Source of the DNA: an uncultured delta proteobacterium
GTDB lineage: Bacteria > Myxococcota > Myxococcia > Myxococcales > Anaeromyxobacteraceae
Assembly (NCBI GenBank): GCA_963845515.1
Contig: CAWJSR010000029.1
Location: 336,214-400,213 of the forward strand
Direction of reading: 5' to 3'
Length of the DNA stretch: 64,000 bases
Each line of letters begins with the position of its first letter. The first letter of the stretch is position 1. The notes beneath the pieces are model-generated. The model was not told where the DNA came from and did not search any database. It saw only the letters and a program-made list of their open reading frames with translations. Of the stretch, positions 32,635 through 43,947 are shown in pieces. Position numbers and translations under genes: made by a program.

Positions 32635-35144
32635 CAGCTCACCACGAAGTTCATCAGCCGCTTCGGGACGAAGACCACCTTCCGGATCGTCTTTCCGGCC
32701 AGGTGAGCCTTCACCCGCTCCTCGGCCTCGGCGAGGGCACGCACCTCCGCCTCGCCCGCCGCGAGCGGGGCCTGGACGTCGCCGCGCAGCTTCCCGTTCA
32801 CCTGGATCGCGATGGTGACGACGTCGGCTACCACGAGCCCCTCGTCGAACGCGGGCCACGGCTCGTCGGCGAGCAGCCGATCGCCGGCCGACGCACCGAG
32901 GACCTCGTGCCAGAGCTCCTCGGCCGCGTGAGGGGCGAAGGGCGCGAGGAGCGCCGCGACGGCGACGAGGGCCTCGCGGACCGCCGCCCGGTCGGCCTCG
33001 GCCTTCGCCTCGAAGGCGTAGAGGGCGTTCACCAGCTCCATCAGCGCCGCGATCCCGGTGTTGAACTTCAGGTCTCCGGAAGCGGGGGGATGGAGCGACT
33101 CCGTGACCTTCTTGATGGTCCGGTGCGTCTTCCGCCGCAGCTCCAGCCCGTCGCCCGAAGCCTGCGCCAACGCCGAGTCGGGTGCCGCGAAGCAGTCCTG
33201 CCGCGCCACGAAGATGCGCCAGACGCGGGCCAGGAAGCGGAACATCCCGTCCACCTGCTCGTCGGACCAGTCGATGTCCTTCTCCGGCGGGGCGGCGAAG
33301 AGCATGAAGAGCCGGACGGTGTCGGCGCCGAACTTGTCGACCATGCCGCCCGGCTGGACCACGTTGCCCCAGCGCTTGGACATCTTGCGGCCGTCCGGGC
33401 CGTTCACGATCCCCTGGGTGACGAGCCGCTTGCAGGGCTCCGGCTCCTGCACCAGCCCGAGCCGCTGCATCACCCGGTGCCAGAACCGGAAGTAGAGCAG
33501 GTGCATCACCGCGTGCTCCGGGCCGCCGACGTACACGTCCACGGGGAGCCAGCGCTTCGCGAGCGCGACGTCGAAGGGCTGCGAGTCGTCCTTCGGCGAG
33601 AGGTAGCGGGCGTAATACCAGGACGAGTCGACGAACGTGTCCATGGTCTCGGTCTCGCGCCGCGCCGGCTTCCCGCACGTCGGGCAGACCGCGTTCACGA
33701 ACTCCTGGACCTTGGCGAGCGGTGGCTCGCCGGTGCCCGTGATGATCGCCTGTGGAGGGAGGACGACCGGGAGGTCCTTCACCGGAACCGGCACCGCGCC
33801 GTGGTCGTCGCAGTAGATGATCGGGATCGGCGTGCCCCAGTAGCGCTGGCGGGAGAAGCCCCAGTCGCGCAGGTGCCAACGGACCGTGGCGTCGCCGAAC
33901 CCCCGCTCCTTCGCGAAGGCGGCCATCTTGCGGCGCGCCTCGGCGCTGGGGAGGCCGGAGAACGGGCCGCTGCCGTCGGTGACTCCGTCCTCGCAGGAGG
34001 CCCTCTCCAGCGCCGCCGCGCCGGCGATGCGGTCGCCGGAGACGGGCTGGATGACCACCTCGATCGGCAGCTGGTACTTCTTCGCGAACTCGAAGTCGCG
34101 CTGGTCGTGGGCGGGGACGCTCATGACCGCGCCGGTGCCGTACTCGGCCAGGACGAAGTTGGCGATCCAGACCGGGACCTTCGCGCCGGTGTAAGGGTTC
34201 ACCGCGTGGGCGCCGGTGAAGACGCCCTCCTTGGGCGCCCCCTCCCCGGTCCGCTCGACGGCGTCGATCTTCGCCATCCGCTGGACGAAGGCCGCGACGT
34301 CGGCCTTCCGCTCCGGGGCGGTGAGCTTCTGGACGAGCGCGTGCTCCGGCGCGAGGACGACGTACGTGCAGCCGTAGATCGTGTCGACGCGGGTCGTGAA
34401 GACCTTGATCTTCTCGGTGGAGCCAGCGACCGCGAAGTCGACCTCCGCCCCCTCGCTCCTGCCGATCCAGTTCCGCTGCATCGTGGTGATGCGCTCGGGC
34501 CACTCGGTGAGCCCGTCGAGGCCGTCGAGCAGCTCCTGGGCGAAGGCCGTGATCCGGAACGTCCACTCCGGGATCACCTTCTCGACCACGGGAGAGCTGC
34601 ACCGCTCGCAGGTGTTGTCGGCCATCACCTGCTCGTTGGCGATGACGGTCGCGCAGCCGGTGCACCAGTTGGCCTTGCCCTGGCGCCGGTAGACGATCCC
34701 CTCCTCGAGCATCCTCACGAAGAACCACTGGTTCCAGCGGTAGTACTCCGGATCGCACGTGGCGATCTCCCGCGCCCAGTCGAAGCTGTAGCCGAGCCGC
34801 TTCATGTCGGCGCGGAAGCTGACGATGTTCTCGCGCGTCCGCTCGGCGGGGTGGCGGCCGTCCTTGATCGCCGCGTTCTCCGCCGGGAGGCCCAGGGCGT
34901 CGTAGCCGATGGGGTGGAGGACGTCGTAGCCGCGCATGCGCAGGAAGCGGGCCAGCGCGTCACCGATGGTGTAGACGCGGGCGTGCCCCATGTGCATGGC
35001 GCCGGACGGGTATGGGAACATCTCGAGCACGTACCGCTTCTCGGCGGCGGGGCGGCTGCCGGCGCGGAAGGTTCCGGACTCATCCCAGCGCTTCTGCCAG
35101 CGGGGCTCGATCGACAGGGGCTCGTAACGCTCGTTCATCGACAT
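32634..35144 (-). CDS. leuS: leucine--tRNA ligase
   Basis: MFPYPSG, HMGH, SRQRYWG and KMSK. Confidence 0.97.
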   Translation of the reverse strand: MSMNERYEPLSIEPRWQKRWDESGTFRAGSRPAAEKRYVLEMFPYPSGAMHMGHARVYTIGDALARFLRMRGYDVLHPIGYDALGLPAENAAIKDGRHPAERTRENIVSFRADMKRLGYSFDWAREIATCDPEYYRWNQWFFVRMLEEGIVYRRQGKANWCTGCATVIANEQVMADNTCERCSSPVVEKVIPEWTFRITAFAQELLDGLDGLTEWPERITTMQRNWIGRSEGAEVDFAVAGSTEKIKVFTTRVDTIYGCTYVVLAPEHALVQKLTAPERKADVAAFVQRMAKIDAVERTGEGAPKEGVFTGAHAVNPYTGAKVPVWIANFVLAEYGTGAVMSVPAHDQRDFEFAKKYQLPIEVVIQPVSGDRIAGAAALERASCEDGVTDGSGPFSGLPSAEARRKMAAFAKERGFGDATVRWHLRDWGFSRQRYWGTPIPIIYCDDHGAVPVPVKDLPVVLPPQAIITGTGEPPLAKVQEFVNAVCPTCGKPARRETETMDTFVDSSWYYARYLSPKDDSQPFDVALAKRWLPVDVYVGGPEHAVMHLLYFRFWHRVMQRLGLVQEPEPCKRLVTQGIVNGPDGRKMSKRWGNVVQPGGMVDKFGADTVRLFMLFAAPPEKDIDWSDEQVDGMFRFLARVWRIFVARQDCFAAPDSALAQASGDGLELRRKTHRTIKKVTESLHPPASGDLKFNTGIAALMELVNALYAFEAKAEADRAAVREALVAVAALLAPFAPHAAEELWHEVLGASAGDRLLADEPWPAFDEGLVVADVVTIAIQVNGKLRGDVQAPLAAGEAEVRALAEAEERVKAHLAGKTIRKVVFVPKRLMNFVVS

Positions 35145-35341
35145 AGGGGGTCGCGATACTAGCTTGCCGGCGGCGCGTTCGCAGCAGGCGTGTGCCGTCC
35201 GCACCACACCCGGTCGCCCGGAACGCGCCCAAGGTCCCGCAACCACGGAGGGCGCACGCACGCACCCGATGGATCAGCGTATGCATTCCCTTCGAGCGGA
35301 GCGCCCGGGCGCGTACGCCGCGGCCCCAACGGAGGACCATC

Positions 35342-35761
35342 ATGAGAGTCACCCGAATCGCCACCGTCCTCGCAGCCTCGGCCCTGCTGCTCGCGGGGGG
35401 CTGCTACACGGCGTCTTCGACCAGCCGCACCTGGGGCGAGGCCGGCTACCGCGGCGGCAATGAGCGGCACGGCGCGGTCGAGACCATCCGCGAGACCGTC
35501 GACCGGCAGGTCGGCGACCCTGCCGGTGGCGCGGTGGCAGGGGCCCTGATCGGCGGCATCCTCACAGGTAGGCCGGGCGGCGCGCTCGTCGGGGCCTTCT
35601 TCGGCGCGGCCGCCAGCCAGGGGAGCGTCGAGCGCCGGTACTACGAGGTCCTCGTCCGCTACGACGACGGCGCGCGCCAGTCCTTCACCTTCGCGGGCGC
35701 TCCGCCGTTCCAGATCGGCGACCGCGTCGTCGTGAACGACCGCGGGATCTTCCGGGACTGA
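35342..35761 (+). CDS. glycine-zipper 2TM lipoprotein (SlyB-like)
   Basis: GGAGG then ATG 35342; lipobox [32 protein letters not shown]. Confidence 0.75.
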   Translation: MRVTRIATVLAASALLLAGGCYTASSTSRTWGEAGYRGGNERHGAVETIRETVDRQVGDPAGGAVAGALIGGILTGRPGGALVGAFFGAAASQGSVERRYYEVLVRYDDGARQSFTFAGAPPFQIGDRVVVNDRGIFRD

Positions 35762-35835
35762 TCGCGCCGCGCTCCGGCGGCCCGCGGGACCTGCGCTATC
35801 ATCCCGCACGTTCCTCGACCCACCCCGGAGCGCGC

Positions 35836-37141
35836 GTGTTCCCACCCGTCTACGTCGCCGACATCGCCCGCCACGAGGGCAAGCTCGTCACCCTCCACGG
35901 CTGGCTGCACAACCGGTCCTCGAAGGGGAAGCTCCACTTCCTGCAGGTCCGCGACGGCACCGGCACCATCCAGTGCGTCGTCTTCAAGGGGAACGTGGCG
36001 CCGGAGGCCTTCCAGGAGGCCGACCACCTCCCCCAGGAGACGTCGCTGCGCGTCACCGGCACGGTGAAGAAGGACGAGCGATCGCCCATCGGCTTCGAGC
36101 TCGACGTCACCGGGCTCGAGGTGATCGCCCGCCCCTCCCGCGAGTTCCCGATCGGCCACAAGGAGCACGGCGTCGCGTTCCTCATGGAGCAGCGCCACCT
36201 CTGGCTCCGGTCGCAGCGCCAGCAGGTGATCCTGCGGGTTCGCCACACCGTCGTGAAGGCGATCCGCGACTTCTTCGACGAGCGCGGCTTCACCCTCGTC
36301 GACGCGCCGATCTTCACCCCCGCCGCCTGCGAGGGGACCTCGACCCTCTTCGAGGTCCCCTACTTCGACCTCGGCAAGGCCTTCCTGACGCAGTCCGGCC
36401 AGCTCTACATGGAGGCCGCGGCGATGGCGCTCGGGAAGGTCTACTGCTTCGGCCCGACCTTCCGCGCCGAGAAGTCCAAGACCCGCCGCCACCTGACCGA
36501 GTTCTGGATGGTGGAGCCCGAGGTCGCGTACATGGACCTCGACGGCGACATGGAGCTGATGGAGCAGTTCGTCTCGTACGTCGTCCAGGCGGCGCTCGCG
36601 AAGCACAGGCGCGAGCTCGTGGACGTGCTGGAGCGCGACGTCTCGAAGCTGGAGGACGTGAAGGCGCCCTTCCCGCGGATCACCTACTCCGAGGCGGTGG
36701 AGGTCATCCGGAAGACCGGCCACCCGATGGAAGTGGGGAGCGGACATCGGCGGGGACGAGGAGACGATCGTCGCGAAGGAGTTCGACCGGCCGGTGATGG
36801 TCCACCGCTACCCTGCCGCGATGAAGGCCTTCTACTTCAAGAAGGATCCGTCCGACCCCCGCGTCGCGCTCGGCTGCGACGTGCTCGCCCCCGAGGGCTA
36901 CGGCGAGATCATCGGCGGCGGCCAGCGCGAGGACGACCTCGCGAAGCTGGAGGCGGCCATCGTCGAGCACCGGCTCCCGCAGGAGGCCTTCGAGTGGTTC
37001 CTCGACCTGCGCCGCTACGGGAGCGTCCCGCACGCCGGCTTCGGCATGGGGGTCGAGCGCTGCGTCGCCTGGATCTGCGGACTCCACCACGTGCGGGAGA
37101 CGATCCCGTTCGCGCGGATGACGGAGCGGATCACTCCGTGA
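35836..37141 (+). CDS. asnS: asparagine--tRNA ligase, frameshift near 36731
   Basis: [44 protein letters not shown] and [15 protein letters not shown]. Confidence 0.95.
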
Positions 37142-37517
37142 GGAACCCCAGCAGTCTATGCACCTCCCGCACGACCTGCTCCGCCATCACCGGCTTCACG
37201 AGGTAGGAGTCCGCGCCGAGCCCCATCGCCCGGCGTCGATCCGCCTCGGCTCCCTCCGTCGTCACGACCACCACGGGGATGCGCTGGTGGTGGCCGCCCG
37301 CGCGCACGAGGGAGATGAGCTTCAGCCCGTCGAGCGTGGGCATGTTGACGTCGGTGATGAGGATGTCGAAGGTGCCGCTCGTCAGCTTCCGCCACGCCTC
37401 GGCGCCGTCGGCCGCCTCGACGGCGCCGAGTCCGGGCACACGCTGGAGCGCCATGGTGAGCTGGCGGCGCATCGCGGCGCTGTCGTCGACGACGAGCGCG
37501 AGGAGGTGGTTGCTCAT
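37131..37517 (-). CDS. cheY: CheY-like single-domain response regulator
   Basis: VVDDS, ITDVNMP, VVTT and YLVKP. Confidence 0.88.
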   Translation of the reverse strand: MSNHLLALVVDDSAAMRRQLTMALQRVPGLGAVEAADGAEAWRKLTSGTFDILITDVNMPTLDGLKLISLVRAGGHHQRIPVVVVTTEGAEADRRRAMGLGADSYLVKPVMAEQVVREVHRLLGFLTE

Positions 37518-38569
37518 CTCCCTGGAGCTCCCCGGCCGAAGCGCGCGAGCCGGCGGGCGAGCCCGTCGAGCGGGAGCACCTCGTGCACGACGCCCGCCGA
37601 GATCGCCGCCTCCGGCATTCCGTAGACCACCGCCGACTCCGCCGACTCCGCGAGGACCAGCCCCCCGGCCCCGTGGACCGCCCTCGCGCCCGCCTGGCCG
37701 TCGCGCCCCATCCCGGTCAGCACCACGGCGCAGAGCCGCGACCCCAGCGTGCGGGCCGCCGAGGCGAAGAGCGCGTCGGCGCTCGGCGAGTAGCGGGGCT
37801 CGCCCTGGCCGGGCTTCGGCTCGGACACGATCGCCCGCAGGACCCCTTCGCCGTCCCGCGCCAGCTCGAGGTTGCGCCCGCCGGGCGCGACCAGGACGCA
37901 GCCGGCGGCGACCACGTCGCCGTCCTCGGCCTCGCGGGAGTTGAAGCGGGACGTGCGGCCCAGCCGCTCGGCGAAGGCGCGCGTGAAGCGCTCCGGCATG
38001 TGCTGCGCGATCAGGATCCCGAGCTCCAGGTTGCCGGCCAGCTCCTCGAGGAGCCGCTGGATCGCCTGGGGACCGCCGGTCGACGCCGCGATGACCGCCA
38101 CGCGGGCCGGCTCGACCGGATCCAGGAGCGGCCGCGGCTCGCGATCGGGCATGCGCCGAGGCTCCAGGTTCTCCAGCCGCAGCGAGCGCACGAGGTCGCA
38201 CTTCTCCATCAGCTCGGAGCGGATGGCGTCGAGGGTCCCCCGCTCCGGCTTCGCCACGAAGTCGAGCGCCCCGAGCTCCAGCGCCTTGAAGACGTCCGCC
38301 TTCTGCGAGCTGGACGAGACGACGATGACCGGCGTGGGGCGCCGCGCCATGAGGACCCGCAGGAAGGTGAAGCCGTCCATCCGGGGCATCTCGAGGTCGA
38401 GGATGACCACGTCGGGGCACAGCGACTCCGCGAGCGCCAGCCCCTCCTCTCCGTTCGTCGCCTCCCCGGCCACCTGCCCCTTCCCGGAGCTGACCACCAG
38501 GTGCGCCAGCGCCGACCGGGAGGTGGCGGAGTCGTCGACGATGAGCACTCGCAGCACACGACGGCTCAC
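37514..38569 (-). CDS. cheB: chemotaxis methylesterase CheB
   Basis: Receiver domain plus ASTGGP, QHMP and LTGMGRDG. Confidence 0.93.
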   Translation of the reverse strand: MSRRVLRVLIVDDSATSRSALAHLVVSSGKGQVAGEATNGEEGLALAESLCPDVVILDLEMPRMDGFTFLRVLMARRPTPVIVVSSSSQKADVFKALELGALDFVAKPERGTLDAIRSELMEKCDLVRSLRLENLEPRRMPDREPRPLLDPVEPARVAVIAASTGGPQAIQRLLEELAGNLELGILIAQHMPERFTRAFAERLGRTSRFNSREAEDGDVVAAGCVLVAPGGRNLELARDGEGVLRAIVSEPKPGQGEPRYSPSADALFASAARTLGSRLCAVVLTGMGRDGQAGARAVHGAGGLVLAESAESAVVYGMPEAAISAGVVHEVLPLDGLARRLARFGRGAPGR

Positions 38570-39450
38570 GTCGTCACCTCTTCCCCGACTGCGCCCGCGG
38601 CGGCCCTGGGCTTCCGGTAGACCAGCTCGTCCTGGAGGTGGAAGAGCTCGAAGTCGGCCGTGGCGTTCAAGAGAGACTCCGCATGTCCGAGCAGGAGGAA
38701 GCCACCGTCGCGCAGCGCGCGGTGGAACCCGCCGAGCACCCGCTGGCGCGCGGGGACGTCGAAGTAGATCATCACGTTCCGGCAGAAGATCACGTCCACG
38801 CGGCCGAGCCCGCCGAGGCCCCGGGGGTCGATGAGGTTCGCTTGCTCGAACCGGACCATCCGGCGGATCTCCTCGTCGATGACCCAACGCCCGCCGCGGA
38901 ACTTGAACCACCTGCGGATCCGCTCGGACTCGGCGGCGCGGAACGAGTGGTCCCGGTACGACCCCGAGCGCGCGGCGTCGACCACCCTCCGCGCTATGTC
39001 GACCCCGAGCACCTCGACCTGCCACCCCGTGAAGCGACCAGAGTCGCGGAGGATGCTGGCGAGCGTGAAGGCCTCCTCGCCGGTCGAGCAACCCGCCGAG
39101 AGGATCCGCAGCCGCCGCGCCCCTTCTAGCGAGGACGCCAGCATCGGGAGCAGCTCCCGCTCGAAGGCCTGCAGCTGGCGCGGCTCGCGCCAGAAGTAGG
39201 TCTCGTTGGTGGTGAGCACGTCGACCACGGCCTCCATCTCCTCGAGCCGATTGGGGTCGAAGCGGAGGTGCCGGTGGTAGGCGGCGAAGTCCTGCAGGCC
39301 GAGCACCTCCAGCCGCGGCGCGAGCCTGCGCTCCAGGAGGTAGAGGAGATCGTCACGGAACCAGATGCCGCAGTGCTGCTGGACCACCTCGCGGAGGAGC
39401 CGGAACTCGTCCTCGGACATCCGGGGGCCGTGGAGCTCGAACGGAGCCAT
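38566..39450 (-). CDS. cheR: chemotaxis methyltransferase CheR
   Basis: TTNETYFWRE, AGCSTGEE, IFCRNVMIYF and LGHAES. Confidence 0.93.
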   Translation of the reverse strand: MAPFELHGPRMSEDEFRLLREVVQQHCGIWFRDDLLYLLERRLAPRLEVLGLQDFAAYHRHLRFDPNRLEEMEAVVDVLTTNETYFWREPRQLQAFERELLPMLASSLEGARRLRILSAGCSTGEEAFTLASILRDSGRFTGWQVEVLGVDIARRVVDAARSGSYRDHSFRAAESERIRRWFKFRGGRWVIDEEIRRMVRFEQANLIDPRGLGGLGRVDVIFCRNVMIYFDVPARQRVLGGFHRALRDGGFLLLGHAESLLNATADFELFHLQDELVYRKPRAAAGAVGEEVTT

Positions 39451-39464
39451 CAGGGGTCCCAGCC

Positions 39465-41570
39465 CTATCCCCGACGCGCCAGCGACGCCGCCGCCGCCGC
39501 GAATGCGTTGGCCACGAGCGGATCACCGTCGGAGGCAGCCAGCTCCCTCGCCAGCGGGAGCAGCGACGCGTCGCCACGCTCAGCGACCGCGCGCGCCACC
39601 GCGTGGCGCACGTCCCACCGCTCGCTGCGTGCCGCCTCGCGGAGCAGCTCGGCCCCCTCTTCACCCGCGAGCCGGGCCGCAGCCGCGACCGCCTCCTTCG
39701 CGACCTCGGGATCCGGGTGGACGAGCGCCCTCGCCACTGCGGCGCTCACTGGGGCCCCCAGGGTCGCCAGGCCGCGCAGCGCCGCCAGGACGACCACCGG
39801 CGCCGCCGCTCCGCCGGTCACGAGGCGGGCGAGCGCAGGAGCGTATTCCCTCCGGCCGCTGGCTCCGAGCGCCTCTGCTGCGCTCGCCTGGACCGTGGGC
39901 TCGGGGTCCCCCAGCGCACGCTCTAGCGCATCGAGCGGCACTCCGCCCAGCGGGGGAGTGCGGCGAGGGTCTCCCGCCGGCCGCTCGGCGGCCGCGCGCG
40001 CCAGGTCGGCGAACGCCCGCGCGGCCGCGCCGCGCACGGACCACGAGGCGTCGGCCAGCGCCTGTGAGAGCGCGGCGACCTCCTGGTCCCGGAGGATGCC
40101 TCGCGCCCCCAGCGCCGCGAGCGCCGCCGCCGCCGCTGCCCGGGTCCTGTCGTCGCCGGTCGCGAGCAGGGTGCGCACCTGGGAGACGTCCTCGCTCCCC
40201 CCTAGCGCCCCGATGGCGCGGAGGAGCGCCGCAGCCGGACGGGCGGCGAGCCGCTGCCGGCACTCGACGAGGACTGCGGCACGGCTGTACTCGTCCCGCT
40301 GCCCCAGCCGCACGACGGCCGAGGCGGCCAGCACGGCGACGGTGGGATCGTCGTCCGCGAGGACCGAGACGAGAGCCTCCATGGCCCGCGCGTCCCGCAG
40401 CCTCCCCAGCGCGGTGATCGCCTCGGCCCGCACCTGCGGCTCAGGGTCCGTCACGCGCGCGGCGAGGAGCCGGAAGGCCGCCTCGTTGCCGGCGCGCGCC
40501 ATCGCGCCGACCACGGTGACGAGCGCCATCGGGGTCAGCGACTGGAGCACGTCGAACAGCGCCGCCTGGACCTGGACGGTCTGCGGCAGCACCTCCAGCG
40601 TCTCCTCGACGAGCGGGCGGTATCGATCGTCCTCGGCGAGCCGCGCGAGCGCACCGGCCTGCCGCGCCCCACCAATCCAGCCGAGCGCGGTGGCGGCCCC
40701 GACCGGCGTGAACGGCTCCTCGGACCTGAGCTCCTCCTCCATCCGATCGGCCAGCCCCGGCATCGACGCGGCGAAGTCACGGAGCGCACGAGCGACCCCC
40801 TGGAGATCGTCGAGCGTACGACGCGCGCGGAGCGCCCCGAGCGCCGCCAGGGCGGCGGTGCGGACCGACCGCGCGGGGTCGACGAGCCCCTGTGCAAGGA
40901 GGTCCAGCGCCGCGCGGTCCTCGCTGCAGCCGATGAGCCGGTAGGCCACGCGCCGGGTGGAGCGGGCCCGGACCAGGCGGCGAAGCAGCTCGACCGGGGG
41001 CGCGGCCCGGAGGCTCGCGAGCGACTGGAGCGCCGTGACGCGCAGCGCTTCGTCGTCCGACTCGACCGCTGCGAGGAGCGCCGGGATCGCGTCGGCCCCA
41101 CCCAACTGCCCCAGGGCGTCGGCCGCCGCGGCCCGGACGTTCGGGTCGGAGTCGGCGAGCCGCGCCACCAGCGCGGGGAGCGCGCGGCGATCCGCGATCG
41201 TCCCGAGGACGCCAGCCGCCACCTGCCTGAGCTCAGCGTCGTCGGCGTGGAGCCGCTCGATGAGACCGGGGAGCGCCTGGGCGCCGATGCGTCCGAGCGC
41301 CCTGGCGGCCGCCTCGCGCTCGCCGATCCCGGCGCCTCCGACGAGCCGCTCGAAGAGGAGCGGCAGCGCCGTCGCAGGGTCGGCAGCGGCGGTGAGCCGC
41401 TCGACGGCCGCGGCCCTGACCCGCCAGCTGGAGTCCGAGAGCCTGGCCACGAGCGCGGCCCGCTCCTCCGGCTGGGAGGGGTCGAGGAGTGGCACCGCCC
41501 TGTAGCGCGTCTCCTCGTCCAGGTGGGAGGCCCTGGCGAGCCGTTCGGCGTTGGCCTGCGCGTCGCTCAT
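39465..41570 (-). CDS. HEAT-repeat protein
   Basis: Many L.D.D..VR..AA.ALG repeats over ~700 aa; ATGA overlap with cheW. Confidence 0.88.
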   Translation of the reverse strand: MSDAQANAERLARASHLDEETRYRAVPLLDPSQPEERAALVARLSDSSWRVRAAAVERLTAAADPATALPLLFERLVGGAGIGEREAAARALGRIGAQALPGLIERLHADDAELRQVAAGVLGTIADRRALPALVARLADSDPNVRAAAADALGQLGGADAIPALLAAVESDDEALRVTALQSLASLRAAPPVELLRRLVRARSTRRVAYRLIGCSEDRAALDLLAQGLVDPARSVRTAALAALGALRARRTLDDLQGVARALRDFAASMPGLADRMEEELRSEEPFTPVGAATALGWIGGARQAGALARLAEDDRYRPLVEETLEVLPQTVQVQAALFDVLQSLTPMALVTVVGAMARAGNEAAFRLLAARVTDPEPQVRAEAITALGRLRDARAMEALVSVLADDDPTVAVLAASAVVRLGQRDEYSRAAVLVECRQRLAARPAAALLRAIGALGGSEDVSQVRTLLATGDDRTRAAAAAALAALGARGILRDQEVAALSQALADASWSVRGAAARAFADLARAAAERPAGDPRRTPPLGGVPLDALERALGDPEPTVQASAAEALGASGRREYAPALARLVTGGAAAPVVVLAALRGLATLGAPVSAAVARALVHPDPEVAKEAVAAAARLAGEEGAELLREAARSERWDVRHAVARAVAERGDASLLPLARELAASDGDPLVANAFAAAAASLARRG

Positions 41571-42127
41571 GCGTCCTTCACCGCCTCCGCCTGCGCCCGC
41601 GCCGCCGCCACCTCTCCGGGCCGCTCCCGCTCCAGCAGGGCCCGGACGTTGAGGAGAAGCCGAAGGCGACCGGTCCCTCGACGCCCGCCGACCTGGCCGC
41701 CGCGCGCCGGCGCCGCCTCTCCGCCGCACACCCCCAGGAAGAAGCGCGGCGCGCCGTCGTCGGAGAAGCTGGGGGCTGGCCGGATCTCCGAGCGCTGGAG
41801 GCGCACCACCTCGGTGACCTCGTCGACGATCAGGGCCAGCCTTCGTCCACCGATCCGCACCACGATGAGCTTCGTCTTGCGGTCCGGCGCGACCGGAGGA
41901 AGGCCGAACCGCTTTCGCACGTCGACCACCGGGATGACCTCGGACCGGAGCCGGATCACTCCCTCGATGAAGGCCGGGGCGCGTGGCACCGGGGTGACCG
42001 GAAGCGGGTTGATGATCTCCCTCACGCGCATGATGTCCACGGCGTAGTCCTCGCCGCCGACGCGGAAGGTGCAGAGCTCCACGCGCTCTCCGCCCTCGGA
42101 ACCGTCGCGCGAGGAGGCCATGATCAC
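41567..42127 (-). CDS. cheW: CheW
   Basis: FRVGGEDYAVDIMRVREII, TPVPRAPAFIEGVIRLR and PVVDVRKRF. Confidence 0.92.
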   Translation of the reverse strand: MIMASSRDGSEGGERVELCTFRVGGEDYAVDIMRVREIINPLPVTPVPRAPAFIEGVIRLRSEVIPVVDVRKRFGLPPVAPDRKTKLIVVRIGGRRLALIVDEVTEVVRLQRSEIRPAPSFSDDGAPRFFLGVCGGEAAPARGGQVGGRRGTGRLRLLLNVRALLERERPGEVAAARAQAEAVKDA

Positions 42128-43102
42128 TTCGCCTCGGCCGGATGGCCGCGCCTGAGCAGGGCGCTCGCGTCGACGACCATGAACAGCCGGTCTCGCCAGC
42201 GCCCGATGCCGGTGACGCAGTCGGACGCCGCGGCGGAGATGCCCTGAGGGCAGGGCTCTATCGTCCCGCGCGGGAGGCGCACCACGCTGGCGACCTCGTC
42301 GACGAGCACCCCGATCGGACCTTCACCGGTGTCGACGATGACGATCCGCCCACTCGTCTCGGCGCCGCCGGCGACGCCGAGCCGCGCGCGCGCGTCGACG
42401 ACCGGCACGACCTCGCCGCGCACCGTCACGACGCCGAGGACACCAGCGGGGGCGCGGGGGACCTCGGTGATCCTCGGAGCCCGCAGGACCTCGCGAACCC
42501 GGGCGATGGCGACCGCGAACTCCTCCTTGCCCAGACGGAAGGTGAGGAACTCCTCCAGCAGCACCTGCCTCGGGACGATCGGCTCCTCCGAGGCGGCGGC
42601 GCCGAGCGCGGGCACGATCGAGGCCTCCTCGTCGGGCCGGTAGAAGAAGGCGTCGAGGGGATCAGCAGGGGCGAGCACGGTCCTCGGCCCCGGGGCCGGG
42701 GCCGAGGCCTCGGCGCGGGGCGGTGGCGCCTCCTCGCGGTCGTCCTCCGCCTCCAGCCCGGCGTAGGTCTGCGGGTCGGGCTCGATCGGCGGTGGACCGG
42801 AGCCCGGGCGCCAGGTGGCGAAGCGTCCGTCGGCGGACGGCGCGAGCCCCTGGAAGCGCGCCTGGAGGACCCCCTCGAGGAGGTCCTCCTCGGTGAGGAC
42901 CGTGTCCGTCACCCGCCTCCTGAATCGTGGTTCATCCTGCGGCGCGGCGCGGCGCGGGCGCTTCCGCCGGGCGCCCGGGCGAAGCCGACTCCGGCGGCGG
43001 CGCCTCGGCAGGACCCGCGGCCTCCGGCGCCGGCGCCGGCGCGGCGGCCTCCTTCGCCTCGGCCCGCTCGCGAGCCTTCTTTCGGATGGAGAGGAAGTCC
43101 AT
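42124..43102 (-). CDS. cheW: CheW with long Pro/Ala-rich N-terminus, frameshift near 42945
   Basis: CheW domain FLTFRLGKEEFAV..TEVPRAP..GVVTVRGEVVPVVD; an upstream frame starting MDFLSIRKKAR at 43102 joins by a 1-nt shift. Confidence 0.85.
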
Positions 43103-43117
43103 GCGCCCTGGAGAAGT

Positions 43118-43942
43118 CTATCGCGCCGGCAGATCCGTTCCCATGTACGCAGCGAGGTCGGCGGCAGCAGCCTCGACGATTTCGGCCCCCACCTGGACCG
43201 CTTCCCTGGCGAAGCCCTCCAAGAGCGCGTTCGCGGCCAGCTGGTTGATCCGACGGGGCAGCCCGCGCGCGTGGCGGTGCAGGCTCGCGATCGCCTCCTC
43301 GGTGAAGAGCGGCGCCGAGCGGCCGGCCACCGCCAGCCGGTGCGCGACGTAGCGACCCGTCTCCACCTCGTCGAGCGGTCCGACGTGGTAGGCGACGCCG
43401 ATCCGCTGTGCGAAGGCCTCCCCTCCGCGCTCCCGGATCCGCTCCCGGAGCTCAGGCTGGCCGAGGAGGATCAGGCCGACCAGCTGCCGATCGTCTGCCG
43501 CGAGGTTCGTGAGCAGCCTGAGCTCGTCGAAGGCGGGCCGGCCTGCCAGCAGCTGCGCCTCGTCGATCACCACCACCGGGAAGAGCCCGTCCTCGTCGAG
43601 CCTGGAGAAGCGCTCGGCGAGCGCGGCGTAGGTCTCGTTCTTCCGGTGGAGCCCGCTGAGCCCGAACCCGTCCGCGATCGCCCCGAGCAGCTGCGCCGGA
43701 GGGAGCGCAGGGTTGACGATGAAGCTGAAGCGGCAGCGCTCGGCGAACTCGTCCACGAGGGCGCGCGAGAGCGTCGTCTTACCCGCCCCGACGTCGCCCG
43801 TGAGCACCGCGATCTCCCGCTCCTCGACGGCGTGCGAGAGTCGCGCGAGCGCCTCGGCGTGCTGCCGCGACGGAAAGAGGAACGCCGGGTCCGGCGTCTT
43901 CGAGAAGGGCTTCCGGGCCAGGCCGAAGTACTCGAGGTACAT
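43118..43942 (-). CDS. ExeA/GspA family AAA ATPase, ATPase domain only
   Basis: MYLEYFGLARKPFSKTPDP, GDVGAGKTT, VIDEAQ, LGQPEL and GLPRRIN. Confidence 0.9.
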   Translation of the reverse strand: MYLEYFGLARKPFSKTPDPAFLFPSRQHAEALARLSHAVEEREIAVLTGDVGAGKTTLSRALVDEFAERCRFSFIVNPALPPAQLLGAIADGFGLSGLHRKNETYAALAERFSRLDEDGLFPVVVIDEAQLLAGRPAFDELRLLTNLAADDRQLVGLILLGQPELRERIRERGGEAFAQRIGVAYHVGPLDEVETGRYVAHRLAVAGRSAPLFTEEAIASLHRHARGLPRRINQLAANALLEGFAREAVQVGAEIVEAAAADLAAYMGTDLPAR

Positions 43943-43947
43943 GCGGC